Virus record (IMG/VR): IMGVR_UViG_3300016665_000105 | Location: 1-47,446 of that record | DNA from: a virus | Lineage: Duplodnaviria; Caudoviricetes | Strand: one strand, 5' to 3' | DNA length: 47,446 nucleotides | Shown here: piece by piece, positions 1-8,041 of the stretch | How the letters are laid out: every line of letters starts with the position of its first letter | How positions within the stretch are numbered: the first letter of the stretch is position 1 | Made by a program: the position numbers and the translations under genes | The notes under the pieces: generated by a model | Database searches by the model: none | What the model was told of the DNA's origin: nothing | The model's input: only the letters and a program-made list of their open reading frames with translations

Positions 1-175
1 GGGCCGGCGCTGGCGCTGGGCCGGCCCTTCTAGCCATTCGGGGTACGGTGTAGGGGGAGGGGCTGTGCGAGGGGGCAAGATCCGTCTGAGGGGCACACAG
101 GGGCAGCAGCGAGGCCGGACAGGGTGCAGCCCGCCGGAGCCAAGCCACCGCCCCCATGTGATGAAGCTTCATTGC

Positions 176-1867
176 TCAGGTATTTTCACGAATGTATCGC
201 ACGAACTCCTGTTGCAATGACACAGAACTTTCTGCATAACTACGCTGTCCCTCTACACCTGCGTCGATGAGTTGCTGCTTGCGTTCAAGAGTTTCCATCA
301 TGAATTGATCGACGCTGCTTTGCACGGAGACATAATACACAAGGCATCCGTGCGGATCGTTAAGCCTACCCCACGCACGACCCTCTGCTTGATCGTGAAT
401 CATGGGATTCCATCCGAAATCGTTGAACACAATCGCGGATGCAGCAGTCAGGTTCAAGCCTTCACGTCCAACATCCAGCGTCAGGACGAGGTGCTTCGTA
501 TCTGGATCGTTGTTGAACCTGTCCTGCATTTGCGTTCGTACATCTTGCGGAACATCTCCCGTGATGACATCGCAATACAACTCCTTGCCTAGCAACTCCG
601 CGGTTTCTTTCCATGCCGTGAAGATGAGACACTTCTCTCCGTTCTCTTCGAGAGTGCGAGCGTACTCCGTAGTGTGTTCCACCTTTGCTTGCGATACAAC
701 TTGACGGAAGCGATTGATCTGTGCAAGGATCATGTCAGGAACTTCCTTCGTCGTACCGTCAAGCATGACGTAGATACCTTGGAGTACAGCGTCATACTTC
801 TCCTTCCACTCCTTCGTCAACGTGATGTTATGATGCTGACGAATCTTCGCAGGAAGATCCTTAAGCACGTCAGTCTTCTTGCGTCGGAACATATACGGAA
901 GAAGATCACGCTGCATACGCTTCGGAGATAGAACCTGTCGTCCGTTCGGAGAGAGATACGCACGGATGAACTCAGACTCCGAACCGAATGTCGTGTCGTC
1001 GAGGATGTTGAGGAGTGCGAAGAAGTCTAGTCCGTTGTTGACGAGCGGCGTTGCGGTGAGAAAGAGGAAGGAAGGAATGCTGCGTAGCATGGAGAGAACC
1101 TTCCATCTACCTGTCGCACGATTCTTTACGTTGTGTGCTTCGTCTACAACGCAGAGATCGAAGGACGATACAGAGAGTGCGAGACCCCAGAGAGATGTGT
1201 GCGAATCATCTTCGTCATCCTTAAGGATGGAACGAGAAAGAGAATCGTATGTGATGACGAGATGTTGAACAGACTTGTCTTGCAACAACTGAATGGATTG
1301 CGTGGTCGGTTGCGTACCATGCAAACGGATAGCGTTCTGTCCGGTGAGCTTCTTGATCTCACGCACAAGATTGTTGCACAGCGCAGGCTTCGTGATCCAG
1401 AGTGTACGAGCCTGTCGTATACGAGCGTATGCACAAGCAACTGCCGTCTTGCCTAGTCCAGTATCAAGTGCAAGAACCTTGCGTGGCGTACCGCGCAGAA
1501 GATATGCAAGCGCAGCACGTTGAAAGTTCTTGAGTGATACGGACAACACATCGGGTACGTCACCATCCTCTGCAAGTGCAAGCTCCGCAGTCGTAGACTC
1601 ACGAGAGATCTGTTCGTGAATCAAGAAAGCGGAAGACTTATCGAATGATACTCGCAGAGTGGGATGCTTGTCGCGGAAGAACGGAAGCAACGCATGCCCA
1701 GTCAAAGCAGGGATGGTCCAGTATCTACCATCATTGCTCCAACGATAGCCGTCCAGTCCAGTAGGAGAAACAGTTTGCGGAAGATCAGGACGCCACGAAA
1801 TCTTGAGTGCATGTTGGTGCGAAACATACTGCACCACTACGTCGATGGGGCGCGTTTCAGTTGTCAT
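176..1867 (-). CDS. SNF2-family (SF2) DNA helicase/translocase
   Basis: Motif I LDTGLGKT, motif II VVDEAH, motif III LTATP, C-terminal GLNLTAAS and QAEGRAWGR. Confidence 0.9.
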   Translation of the reverse strand: MTTETRPIDVVVQYVSHQHALKISWRPDLPQTVSPTGLDGYRWSNDGRYWTIPALTGHALLPFFRDKHPTLRVSFDKSSAFLIHEQISRESTTAELALAEDGDVPDVLSVSLKNFQRAALAYLLRGTPRKVLALDTGLGKTAVACAYARIRQARTLWITKPALCNNLVREIKKLTGQNAIRLHGTQPTTQSIQLLQDKSVQHLVITYDSLSRSILKDDEDDSHTSLWGLALSVSSFDLCVVDEAHNVKNRATGRWKVLSMLRSIPSFLFLTATPLVNNGLDFFALLNILDDTTFGSESEFIRAYLSPNGRQVLSPKRMQRDLLPYMFRRKKTDVLKDLPAKIRQHHNITLTKEWKEKYDAVLQGIYVMLDGTTKEVPDMILAQINRFRQVVSQAKVEHTTEYARTLEENGEKCLIFTAWKETAELLGKELYCDVITGDVPQDVRTQMQDRFNNDPDTKHLVLTLDVGREGLNLTAASAIVFNDFGWNPMIHDQAEGRAWGRLNDPHGCLVYYVSVQSSVDQFMMETLERKQQLIDAGVEGQRSYAESSVSLQQEFVRYIRENT

Positions 1868-2504
1868 AGTTTATAGTCTCCAAGGCATGCGTAGGACCGA
1901 GCTGCACAACGTCAACGCTAGTGATGACAGCATTCTTCTGAGCTTCTTTGTACGCAGCTAGCGTATCGAGAAGTTCTGCAACTTGTGTGTGTGCGAAGAC
2001 GCGAGCGGTGAGAATGTGTGCCAGCTCACGCTGCACATCCGCAAGTTCTTCTACGCGCACATCGTTGCGTGTCTCCGTTTCGCCAGTCATGGGATCGCAC
2101 ATCGTGACAGAGATACGAGTGCGGAAAGACTCGGCAGGAATGGAGAACGTTTCAGGATTACACAAACGGAAGCGACGCGCAGACTCTATGTATTCCGCAG
2201 CGTTGCGTGGATTGTGTGATAGTGTCCAGCGCATGCGAGCGTGTGCGATCCTAATTGCACGGCGCAATGCGTGAACGATCAAGTCAGACTTATGAGATAC
2301 GACACACTCGAATGCCCAGATAGCGGACACGCGAATGTGTGGAACGGTGCCGGGTTCGATACGCATGCCACGGTGCAGCGATGAATCTATAACGCATTGC
2401 ACTTCGTGGATGGGGACATTCTGTGCATCGCACTCCCGCTCATGCAACACAGAAAGAGATCGTTGCAAAGCAGGAAGTAATTCGGTTAGGTTTTCTGCTA
2501 GCAT
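1857..2504 (-). CDS. hypothetical protein (215 aa)
   Basis: ATG ORF co-oriented with and overlapping the helicase start by 11 nt; no motif recognised. Confidence 0.7.
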   Translation of the reverse strand: MLAENLTELLPALQRSLSVLHERECDAQNVPIHEVQCVIDSSLHRGMRIEPGTVPHIRVSAIWAFECVVSHKSDLIVHALRRAIRIAHARMRWTLSHNPRNAAEYIESARRFRLCNPETFSIPAESFRTRISVTMCDPMTGETETRNDVRVEELADVQRELAHILTARVFAHTQVAELLDTLAAYKEAQKNAVITSVDVVQLGPTHALETINYDN

Positions 2505-2589
2505 CGGGCTGCACCCCGTTGTGTAAGTTTGTTGAATGAAGATGGGGGCCGCATACGGAATTGTACACGGCCCCCAATCTTACATTATA

Positions 2590-3105
2590 TCAGCCCAGCT
2601 TCAGAGCAAGAGCGTTGATCGCAGCAAGCAGCTCATCCTGCGTCATCGTAGCAGCCTTAGCAGCAAGGCCAGCAACCTCAGCCTTCACACCACGCGGACC
2701 CTTCGGACCCTTCGCACCCTTCTCCGCAGGAATGAACGCATTCTCCGCAGTAACACGGGCGCACAGCGTAGAGATGTACGTCGAGAGATCCACCGGAGCA
2801 ACGGACAGCTTGCGAGCATCGCCGGTAATCATCGTGCGAACGAGCGTCCGCATGTGATCGTTCGCAGCGCGCAGCACGAACGCATCGAAGTTCTCGCCAG
2901 CAACCGCACGAACCTCATCCGCAGAATCAAACTCCACAACGGTGGGAAGATCCTTCGGAACCTCGAGGTAAACCTTACCGCCCTGCACCGGCAGACCGTT
3001 CGCAGCTTCCGGAGAAATCCCCGTTGCGAACGAGAGAGTTGCGGACTGCCCCTTGTTCTTGCCAGTCTCCACCTTGCCGGAACCGAACGCCACGATCTTG
3101 GACAT
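2590..3105 (-). CDS. hypothetical protein (MSKIVAFG..., 171 aa), Ala/Lys-rich C-terminus
   Basis: Start moved to ATG 3105, which follows GAGGAG; strongly biased codon usage. Confidence 0.8.
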   Translation of the reverse strand: MSKIVAFGSGKVETGKNKGQSATLSFATGISPEAANGLPVQGGKVYLEVPKDLPTVVEFDSADEVRAVAGENFDAFVLRAANDHMRTLVRTMITGDARKLSVAPVDLSTYISTLCARVTAENAFIPAEKGAKGPKGPRGVKAEVAGLAAKAATMTQDELLAAINALALKLG

Positions 3106-3193
3106 GGTAAATCTCCTCGCAGTTAAGCGAACGATACGATGCAAGGAGATTGCGCGATGCAATCATCTTGCGGATGCGGATGACGTTGCTCAT
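2975..3193 (-). CDS. possible small protein (72 aa) overlapping the 2590-3105 gene
   Basis: AAGGAG Shine-Dalgarno 5 nt before ATG 3193; first ORF downstream of the 3274-3302 promoter. Confidence 0.45.
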   Translation of the reverse strand: MSNVIRIRKMIASRNLLASYRSLNCEEIYHVQDRGVRFRQGGDWQEQGAVRNSLVRNGDFSGSCERSAGAGR

Positions 3194-3273
3194 GTAATCT
3201 CCTTACATTTTGTTGCGTATGCTGACGCAACGCAGCTGCACCGTTGTGGTGCAAGGCTTAGTCCCATGCTTCC

Positions 3274-3302
3274 TATCTAATAGGTGGACCCTAGGAAGTC
3301 AA
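3274..3302 (-). promoter_or_regulatory. sigma70-type early promoter
   Basis: Minus strand CCCC-TTGACT-N17-TAGATA. Confidence 0.6.
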
Positions 3303-3312
3303 GGGGCATAGA

Positions 3313-3370
3313 GGACTATGTTAGGGAATCGAACCCCAACCCCTTAGAAAGGGGGCGCCATGCCATAGCC
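3313..3370 (-). ncRNA. D-armless tRNA-like element
   Basis: GGCTATG/CATAGTC 7-bp acceptor-like stem, CCCC-TTTCTAA-GGGG anticodon-like arm, TTGGGG-TTCGATT-CCCTAA T-arm; no D stem. Confidence 0.5.
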
Positions 3371-3381
3371 GGGCCAGCAGC

Positions 3382-3606
3382 CTACCGTTGGTACTCCCCT
3401 ATGTATTCCCAATAAGGGGAAACGATGTGGAATAGTACGTTGTACGTTGCTTCATCGTTCTGTGCATGCTCAAGAAGATGTGCGATGTGCATGACGTTTG
3501 CGATTGTTGCTTCAGCAGGAACGCGGAACGTGTGTTCATCCAGCACATTCCTGCCTGAGAACGTAATGAAGTTCTGTTCGTTGTGACGTTGCATGTAGAT
3601 CTTCAT
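3382..3606 (-). CDS. hypothetical protein (74 aa)
   Basis: ATGA overlap with upstream ORF, GAGG SD. Confidence 0.7.
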   Translation of the reverse strand: MKIYMQRHNEQNFITFSGRNVLDEHTFRVPAEATIANVMHIAHLLEHAQNDEATYNVLFHIVSPYWEYIGEYQR

Positions 3607-3974
3607 GTGTCAGCCTCTGGATTGTAGGAGAGAGTGAACAAAACATCTTGCTCCATCTCATGCAAGTGACGAAGATGTACGACTAGCTTGTTCTTCCCTT
3701 CGTTCTCGTGGAATGCGGATGCAGCAGCGTTGCGAATGGTGTTTGCAACCTCTTGCACAGAAGTGGAATTGAATGCGATGGCTGCGATGACTACGCGCAA
3801 GCCTGTGGGCAGGGATACGAAGATGTTGAAGTCTCCTTGCTTGTTGAAGGATAGGATGTGTTCTGTTTGCTTGAGGAAGTCATTCGCCATGCAATTCTTC
3901 GCATCGTATGCGTATGTGAAGTGCTTTGTGTGAAGTCCTGAAACGGTGCAGAATGTGAGAGTGTACGGGGACAT
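3603..3974 (-). CDS. hypothetical protein (MSPYTLT...)
   Basis: Start moved to ATG 3974 after AAGGAG. Confidence 0.75.
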   Translation of the reverse strand: MSPYTLTFCTVSGLHTKHFTYAYDAKNCMANDFLKQTEHILSFNKQGDFNIFVSLPTGLRVVIAAIAFNSTSVQEVANTIRNAAASAFHENEGKNKLVVHLRHLHEMEQDVLFTLSYNPEADT

Positions 3975-3976
3975 GT

Positions 3977-4414
3977 TTAGTTCTCCTTTGAGTTGAGTTG
4001 TTCGCAAAACGCTCGTGCATCTTCCCATGCAGTATCGGAGTAGCCAGAAAAGTACGCGATGATTTTATCTTCTACGGTATCGCGTACAGAATAGCTGTCG
4101 AGAAAGCCATCCCTTTCATGGTCAATTACAAAGCGCTTCTTTTCTGGTTCTTCCCTCCAATCACAAGTAAGCTTGTAAACGTAGCTACCTAGCTTAATGA
4201 TATAGGGTGCGCCTTCCTCGTTCCATGTTTCGATGATGCGATTACGAATCTCCTCGTAATGTTGGGTTTGTTCGTCGGAATCTTCGACCATCTCGAAATA
4301 ATTATCGAGATGCCAAAGAATTGTTTTCTTTGCGTCATCGAAGCTATCGTGTTCTGTCGGTTCGGAATCCGGCAGATAGCCGGGCATATTGTAGGATACG
4401 ATGAAGATTTTCAT
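3977..4414 (-). CDS. hypothetical acidic early protein (MKIFIVSYNMPGYLPD...)
   Basis: Start moved to ATG 4414 after GGGAG; packed in operon. Confidence 0.8.
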   Translation of the reverse strand: MKIFIVSYNMPGYLPDSEPTEHDSFDDAKKTILWHLDNYFEMVEDSDEQTQHYEEIRNRIIETWNEEGAPYIIKLGSYVYKLTCDWREEPEKKRFVIDHERDGFLDSYSVRDTVEDKIIAYFSGYSDTAWEDARAFCEQLNSKEN

Positions 4415-4416
4415 GT

Positions 4417-4647
4417 TCAGATCTCCCTGTAGAAGGGTGCGAGTTCGTTGTACAGGATCTTGTTGCAAGCGTTGTCGTAAATCATCTTGCCAACTTCGGT
4501 AAGAGAAGAAACGCGAAGCGAAGGCGAAGGACGGAAGTATCGTTGCAACTTACAGAGTCTAGCGTAGGAATCGCTCTTCTGTCCACCGTGGCAATCGGAG
4601 AGTGCAAGATACCACGCTTCCACGATGTCGAATCTGGTGACTTCCAT
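4417..4647 (-). CDS. hypothetical protein (76 aa)
   Basis: GAGG SD, tight packing. Confidence 0.75.
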   Translation of the reverse strand: MEVTRFDIVEAWYLALSDCHGGQKSDSYARLCKLQRYFRPSPSLRVSSLTEVGKMIYDNACNKILYNELAPFYREI

Positions 4648-4650
4648 GTT

Positions 4651-4902
4651 TTAATCCTCGAAGAAGATGAAGGTAACTTCTATCACAGTATCACCGATGT
4701 TCGTCATGTCATTACGCCATGCGAAATACGGATCTTGCTCTACTTCCGTTTCGATGGCGTGATAACCCTTAAGATTGCGAGACTCCAACCAACGATTGCA
4801 GGTGTTTACTTCCTGTGCTGACATATCCGTAACTTCGCCAGTCTGGAAGTAATACTCTGCCCACGTTGGGATTGTGTACTTTTCTCTGCGCTTTACTTTC
4901 AT
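4651..4902 (-). CDS. hypothetical protein (MKVKRREK...)
   Basis: Start moved to ATG 4902 after GGAG; downstream of the 4978-5007 promoter. Confidence 0.75.
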   Translation of the reverse strand: MKVKRREKYTIPTWAEYYFQTGEVTDMSAQEVNTCNRWLESRNLKGYHAIETEVEQDPYFAWRNDMTNIGDTVIEVTFIFFED

Positions 4903-4977
4903 GTTGTTCTCCGTGTTGTGTTGTGTTGTGCTGCGGGAAACTACAAAATGCACGGCGTGGAATTGCACCACGCTAGA

Positions 4978-5007
4978 AGTCTAACACTTCCGTGCAGCGT
5001 TTGTCAA
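4978..5007 (-). promoter_or_regulatory. sigma70-type early promoter
   Basis: TTGACA-N18-TAGACT with extended -10 TG. Confidence 0.65.
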
Positions 5008-5345
5008 GCGGCTTTTGCTTTGGCGTATCGCACAAGATCCTGCGTCCCCTGCGGAACACAAGTAAGAATCGTAACAGGTTGATTCAATACCTTAGACGTA
5101 TGCTCACGACGATTAATCAAGAATTCTTCGCAAATGCTGTTCTGGTAAATCGTAGTCGTAAGGCTGTATCGCGTATCGTTGAAATAATAAACAGGATTCG
5201 CAATGTCACCACCCGGCGTATCGAACTCAAACAAAGTTGTTCCGTATGAATAGATGGCGACGCCATCCGTCCAAAAGGAAGGAACTTTCTTGTAGCATTG
5301 GCCGGAATTGAAAGCTTGGAAAACTTTACGGGCGTTGATACGCAT
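5004..5345 (-). CDS. hypothetical protein (113 aa)
   Basis: GGAG SD; IYSYGT and YSLTT motifs typical of small phage early proteins. Confidence 0.75.
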   Translation of the reverse strand: MRINARKVFQAFNSGQCYKKVPSFWTDGVAIYSYGTTLFEFDTPGGDIANPVYYFNDTRYSLTTTIYQNSICEEFLINRREHTSKVLNQPVTILTCVPQGTQDLVRYAKAKAA

Positions 5346-5393
5346 GACGTATACTCCGTGTTGGTGGTGGTTTATGCTGAGGGACTACGGAGA

Positions 5394-5422
5394 ATGGTAG
5401 CGCGTTCCATTGCAGAACGCAA
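5394..5422 (-). promoter_or_regulatory. sigma70-type early promoter
   Basis: CCCC-TTGCGT-N17-TACCAT, same CCCC prefix and -10 as the promoter at 47417-47445. Confidence 0.55.
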
Positions 5423-5683
5423 GGGGCTATTTCCCGATACCTTAGATGCTGGGTTCTACTGTGTTTTCTATTGGTACAGAATCGACGGGACAAATACGCC
5501 GATAGGCTGGCGTAGGTAGGTGTAGGCGTCTATGGTCGGTGTGGTCGGTGTAGTCTGTGGGAAGTCTAGGAAAGGTGCGTAGGTACTGGGGGGATATATG
5601 GTTTTTTTACTTTCCAAGATATTTTGACCATTAGAGAAAGGTCTAGGACCTGACATCTAACCCCTTAAAAAATAAAACTATAT

Positions 5684-5729
5684 ACAACCCAAAAATCCCC
5701 ATAACTAAATAGGGCATTTTCTATTTATT
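5684..5729. repeat. left arm of imperfect inverted repeat (partner 6206-6254)
   Basis: ACAACCcAAAAA-TCCCCATAAcTAAAT--AGGGcATTTTCTATTTATT aligns with the reverse complement of 6206-6254. Confidence 0.75.
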
Positions 5730-5733
5730 GTTC

Positions 5734-6174
5734 TTACTGAGCGGTTGCGGTAGCATCCTGCACAAATACTGCGCGCTTTGTCTTATCTTCCACGGTGGGA
5801 ATTTCCTCAATGTTCTTTGTGATATACTCGCAAAGGAAATTGCGTCCCTTTGCTTTCATCATGGCAACGGCGCACCGGCGGATTTTGCTTTCAAGATACG
5901 TCAGCCGCAATTCTACACCTTGCTTTTCCTGCAGAAAATCGGCTAGATCTTCCAAAGCTTCCGCTATTTCTTTTTCGTCGGCTTTTGTTTCCTGCAAAAG
6001 CTTGACGATCTCCGCCTGACGTGCTGCGCGGCGTTGCGCCCGTGCGATTTTCTCGCCAATCTCATTTGCCTCTGAAATGGTGGCAAGAATATCCTCCCGC
6101 GTGAATGATTCCACAACCTCTGCGGGAGTGGCACGGGGCTTTTTAGTTTCCTTAGTTTCCGTAGCGTTGGACAT
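5734..6174 (-). CDS. hypothetical coiled-coil protein (146 aa), first gene of the leftward block
   Basis: AAGGA SD, helical E/K/A-rich sequence, flanked by the inverted repeat. Confidence 0.8.
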   Translation of the reverse strand: MSNATETKETKKPRATPAEVVESFTREDILATISEANEIGEKIARAQRRAARQAEIVKLLQETKADEKEIAEALEDLADFLQEKQGVELRLTYLESKIRRCAVAMMKAKGRNFLCEYITKNIEEIPTVEDKTKRAVFVQDATATAQ

Positions 6175-6205
6175 GATTTTTATTTCCTTTGTTTGTGAGT
6201 TAGGA

Positions 6206-6254
6206 AATAAATAGAAAATACCCCCAATTTAATTATGGGGAGTTTTTAGGTTGT
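6206..6254. repeat. right arm of imperfect inverted repeat (partner 5684-5729)
   Basis: Reverse complement ACAACCtAAAAAcTCCCCATAAtTAAATtgGGGGtATTTTCTATTTATT. Confidence 0.75.
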
Positions 6255-6303
6255 CAAATAGCTGCGGCAGGCGTGCCGCCCGATCCGGTTAGAGGGTATG
6301 GGT

Positions 6304-6331
6304 AACTTACACAACCCCCGGCGCAATGCAA
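6304..6331 (-). promoter_or_regulatory. possible sigma70-type promoter
   Basis: TTGCAT-N16-TAAGTT upstream of gene 5734-6174. Confidence 0.35.
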
Positions 6332-6394
6332 GAGCATTTCACACGTTTAATCAAATCTTAATAGTTTAGGCGCGCCTAACTTTCTGCACCCCAT

Positions 6395-6426
6395 TGCAAG
6401 AACCATACCATGATACTGCACTATCA
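6395..6426 (-). promoter_or_regulatory. sigma54-type -24/-12 element with adjacent palindromic operator
   Basis: Minus strand TGGTATGGTTCTTGCA (GG-N10-GC) at 6395-6410; TGATA-N6-TATCA at 6411-6426. Confidence 0.5.
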
Positions 6427-6478
6427 ATAAATCGTCCTGGCGTGTACAGCGTTATATCACCTAACACCGTTAGGCCAC

Positions 6479-6516
6479 AGCAAGATCCGTACCACGGTAA
6501 TGATAGCGCAGTATCA
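6479..6516 (-). promoter_or_regulatory. second sigma54-type -24/-12 element with palindromic operator
   Basis: Minus strand TGGTACGGATCTTGCT at 6479-6494; TGATA-N6-TATCA at 6501-6516. Confidence 0.5.
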
Positions 6517-6605
6517 ATAACCAATTGTGTGTCGCAACACATAGTGTGACCACACGCTCACCATGTGATATTGCGTTCGCATTATCGTATGCGCTCTCGT
6601 GCATC

Positions 6606-6700
6606 TACGCATACGCGCATCTGTGTATGTACGCATATACGCATACGCGCATACGTCCCGCGCACGCACGCACGCATCCCCAAGGGGAGGGGAGGGGGGA
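6606..6700. repeat. alternating purine-pyrimidine tract followed by G-runs
   Basis: 35-nt perfect RY alternation at 6622-6656, (CGCA)n, then GGGGAGGGGAGGGGGG. Confidence 0.75.
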
Positions 6701-6758
6701 AAACTCGGTGAAGCCCAAAGCATCATACAAACTTTCAAATTTCTGCATAATTTTATAA

Positions 6759-6809
6759 ACTTGCCTACACTTACCTACACACATCTTGTCAAACACTTGA
6801 CCTACGCAC
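6759..6809 (+). repeat. short direct repeats ACTT(G/A/GA)CCTAC(A/G)C x3
   Basis: Copies at 6759-6770, 6769-6780 and 6795-6809. Confidence 0.6.
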
Positions 6810-6858
6810 ATATTCCCCTCATCGCCCGTCCTCCGTCCATCCTCATCCCATATCCATC

Positions 6859-7197
6859 ATGTCGCTAGCATTCGATGCACGCATTCATGACGTAACCGTC
6901 CCGACGGGACAAAATGCTTCGCGTTGGATTTTCGGAACGTATGAATACTCCGACGCGACGGCCATCACCATTCAATCGCCAGCGGGCCTCGACGCTGGAA
7001 CTTGGACCATCGAAGTTTCTAACGATGGCACGACTGCTTCTGCACTGAACGATGGGACTTCTGACATTCCCGTTCCTGCGGCTGGCAAGGCTCGTCAGTA
7101 CATTGAGATGATTGGTTTCAAGTTCTTCCGTATCAAGTGTTCCGTTAACGTCGCTGAGACTCGCACCTTCCTCGTGTCGAAGCAATGGACTGTGTGA
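6859..7197 (+). CDS. hypothetical, probably virion-associated beta-rich protein (112 aa)
   Basis: First ORF of rightward block; phage-like codon usage. Confidence 0.75.
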   Translation: MSLAFDARIHDVTVPTGQNASRWIFGTYEYSDATAITIQSPAGLDAGTWTIEVSNDGTTASALNDGTSDIPVPAAGKARQYIEMIGFKFFRIKCSVNVAETRTFLVSKQWTV

Positions 7198-7198
7198 T

Positions 7199-8041
7199 AT
7201 GTCTAGTCTCATTCTAGCTGCTCCAACTGGAGTCGGGGGCACGCAAGCAACATCAGAAAGAGTCGTACTTGCAGCACATGATTTTTCTGATGCCGGGCCG
7301 GGTACGTTTGTAGAGACTGGCGGTAGCTTTATCACATATCCTACAGGCGCAAACGGTTACAATTCTTCTCCGCGTATCGCTAGGCTTTCTACTGCTTCCG
7401 GAGATCAAGTTGGCGTCATCCAGCTATCGCGAGAGATAACGTCGGAGAATTGGCAGAACGGAAACTTTCTTGGCTTCATGTATGCAGTGCGTTTCAGTGC
7501 AACTACCATCTCGAATCTCTCCGTTGCTTCCGGTGGTGACGGGCCTCAGATCAAGTTGCATCTGCTTCGCTCTGACGTATACCAGCTTCCTAACGTAAAC
7601 ATTACTCCGACGTGGACCGTACACGGAATCGGTACGAACTTCTACGGTGGTAATAATCTTATCATCCAGAATGACTACGGCAACACAATCTACTCTCCGG
7701 CCATCGGCTTTACCGTAACAGCAGATCAGTGGGTTGTCGTGCAGACTGTTCTGTGGGAAGATTCTCAGGGTAAGGCAAGAACGAGAAACTTCTACAACGG
7801 TATCGTACAAGGGGGCGAGAGATTTAATAATTACTCCACCAGAATTGAATACGAAGGAGGCTATGGTGGAACTAACAAGGTTCCGAATATCGTATGCAAT
7901 CTTCGTATCGGCATGGCGTACTTCTCGCACAGAGCAAATAACTTTGTTGTGGATATTGGAAAGATTGCAATCTGTCGTGGAAACTCTCCAGAAGCTGCGA
8001 CGATGAGCATCGCACAATTCAACGCACAGCCTAACATCTGA
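7199..8041 (+). CDS. putative carbohydrate-binding/lyase-like beta-sandwich virion protein
   Basis: Start at ATG 7199, 1 nt after upstream stop; ADQWVVVQ...FYNG and VVDIGKI patterns suggest a LamG/ConA-like fold (inference). Confidence 0.55.
   Translation: MSSLILAAPTGVGGTQATSERVVLAAHDFSDAGPGTFVETGGSFITYPTGANGYNSSPRIARLSTASGDQVGVIQLSREITSENWQNGNFLGFMYAVRFSATTISNLSVASGGDGPQIKLHLLRSDVYQLPNVNITPTWTVHGIGTNFYGGNNLIIQNDYGNTIYSPAIGFTVTADQWVVVQTVLWEDSQGKARTRNFYNGIVQGGERFNNYSTRIEYEGGYGGTNKVPNIVCNLRIGMAYFSHRANNFVVDIGKIAICRGNSPEAATMSIAQFNAQPNI

Noticed and set aside
3313-3370. Amber suppressor tRNA or genetic-code reassignment
   Set aside because: The centred anticodon is TCT, not CTA, and genes read normally with TAG used as a stop
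5684-6254. Insertion sequence
   Set aside because: Enclosed ORF has no transposase motif and no target-site duplication is evident; kept only as an inverted-repeat finding
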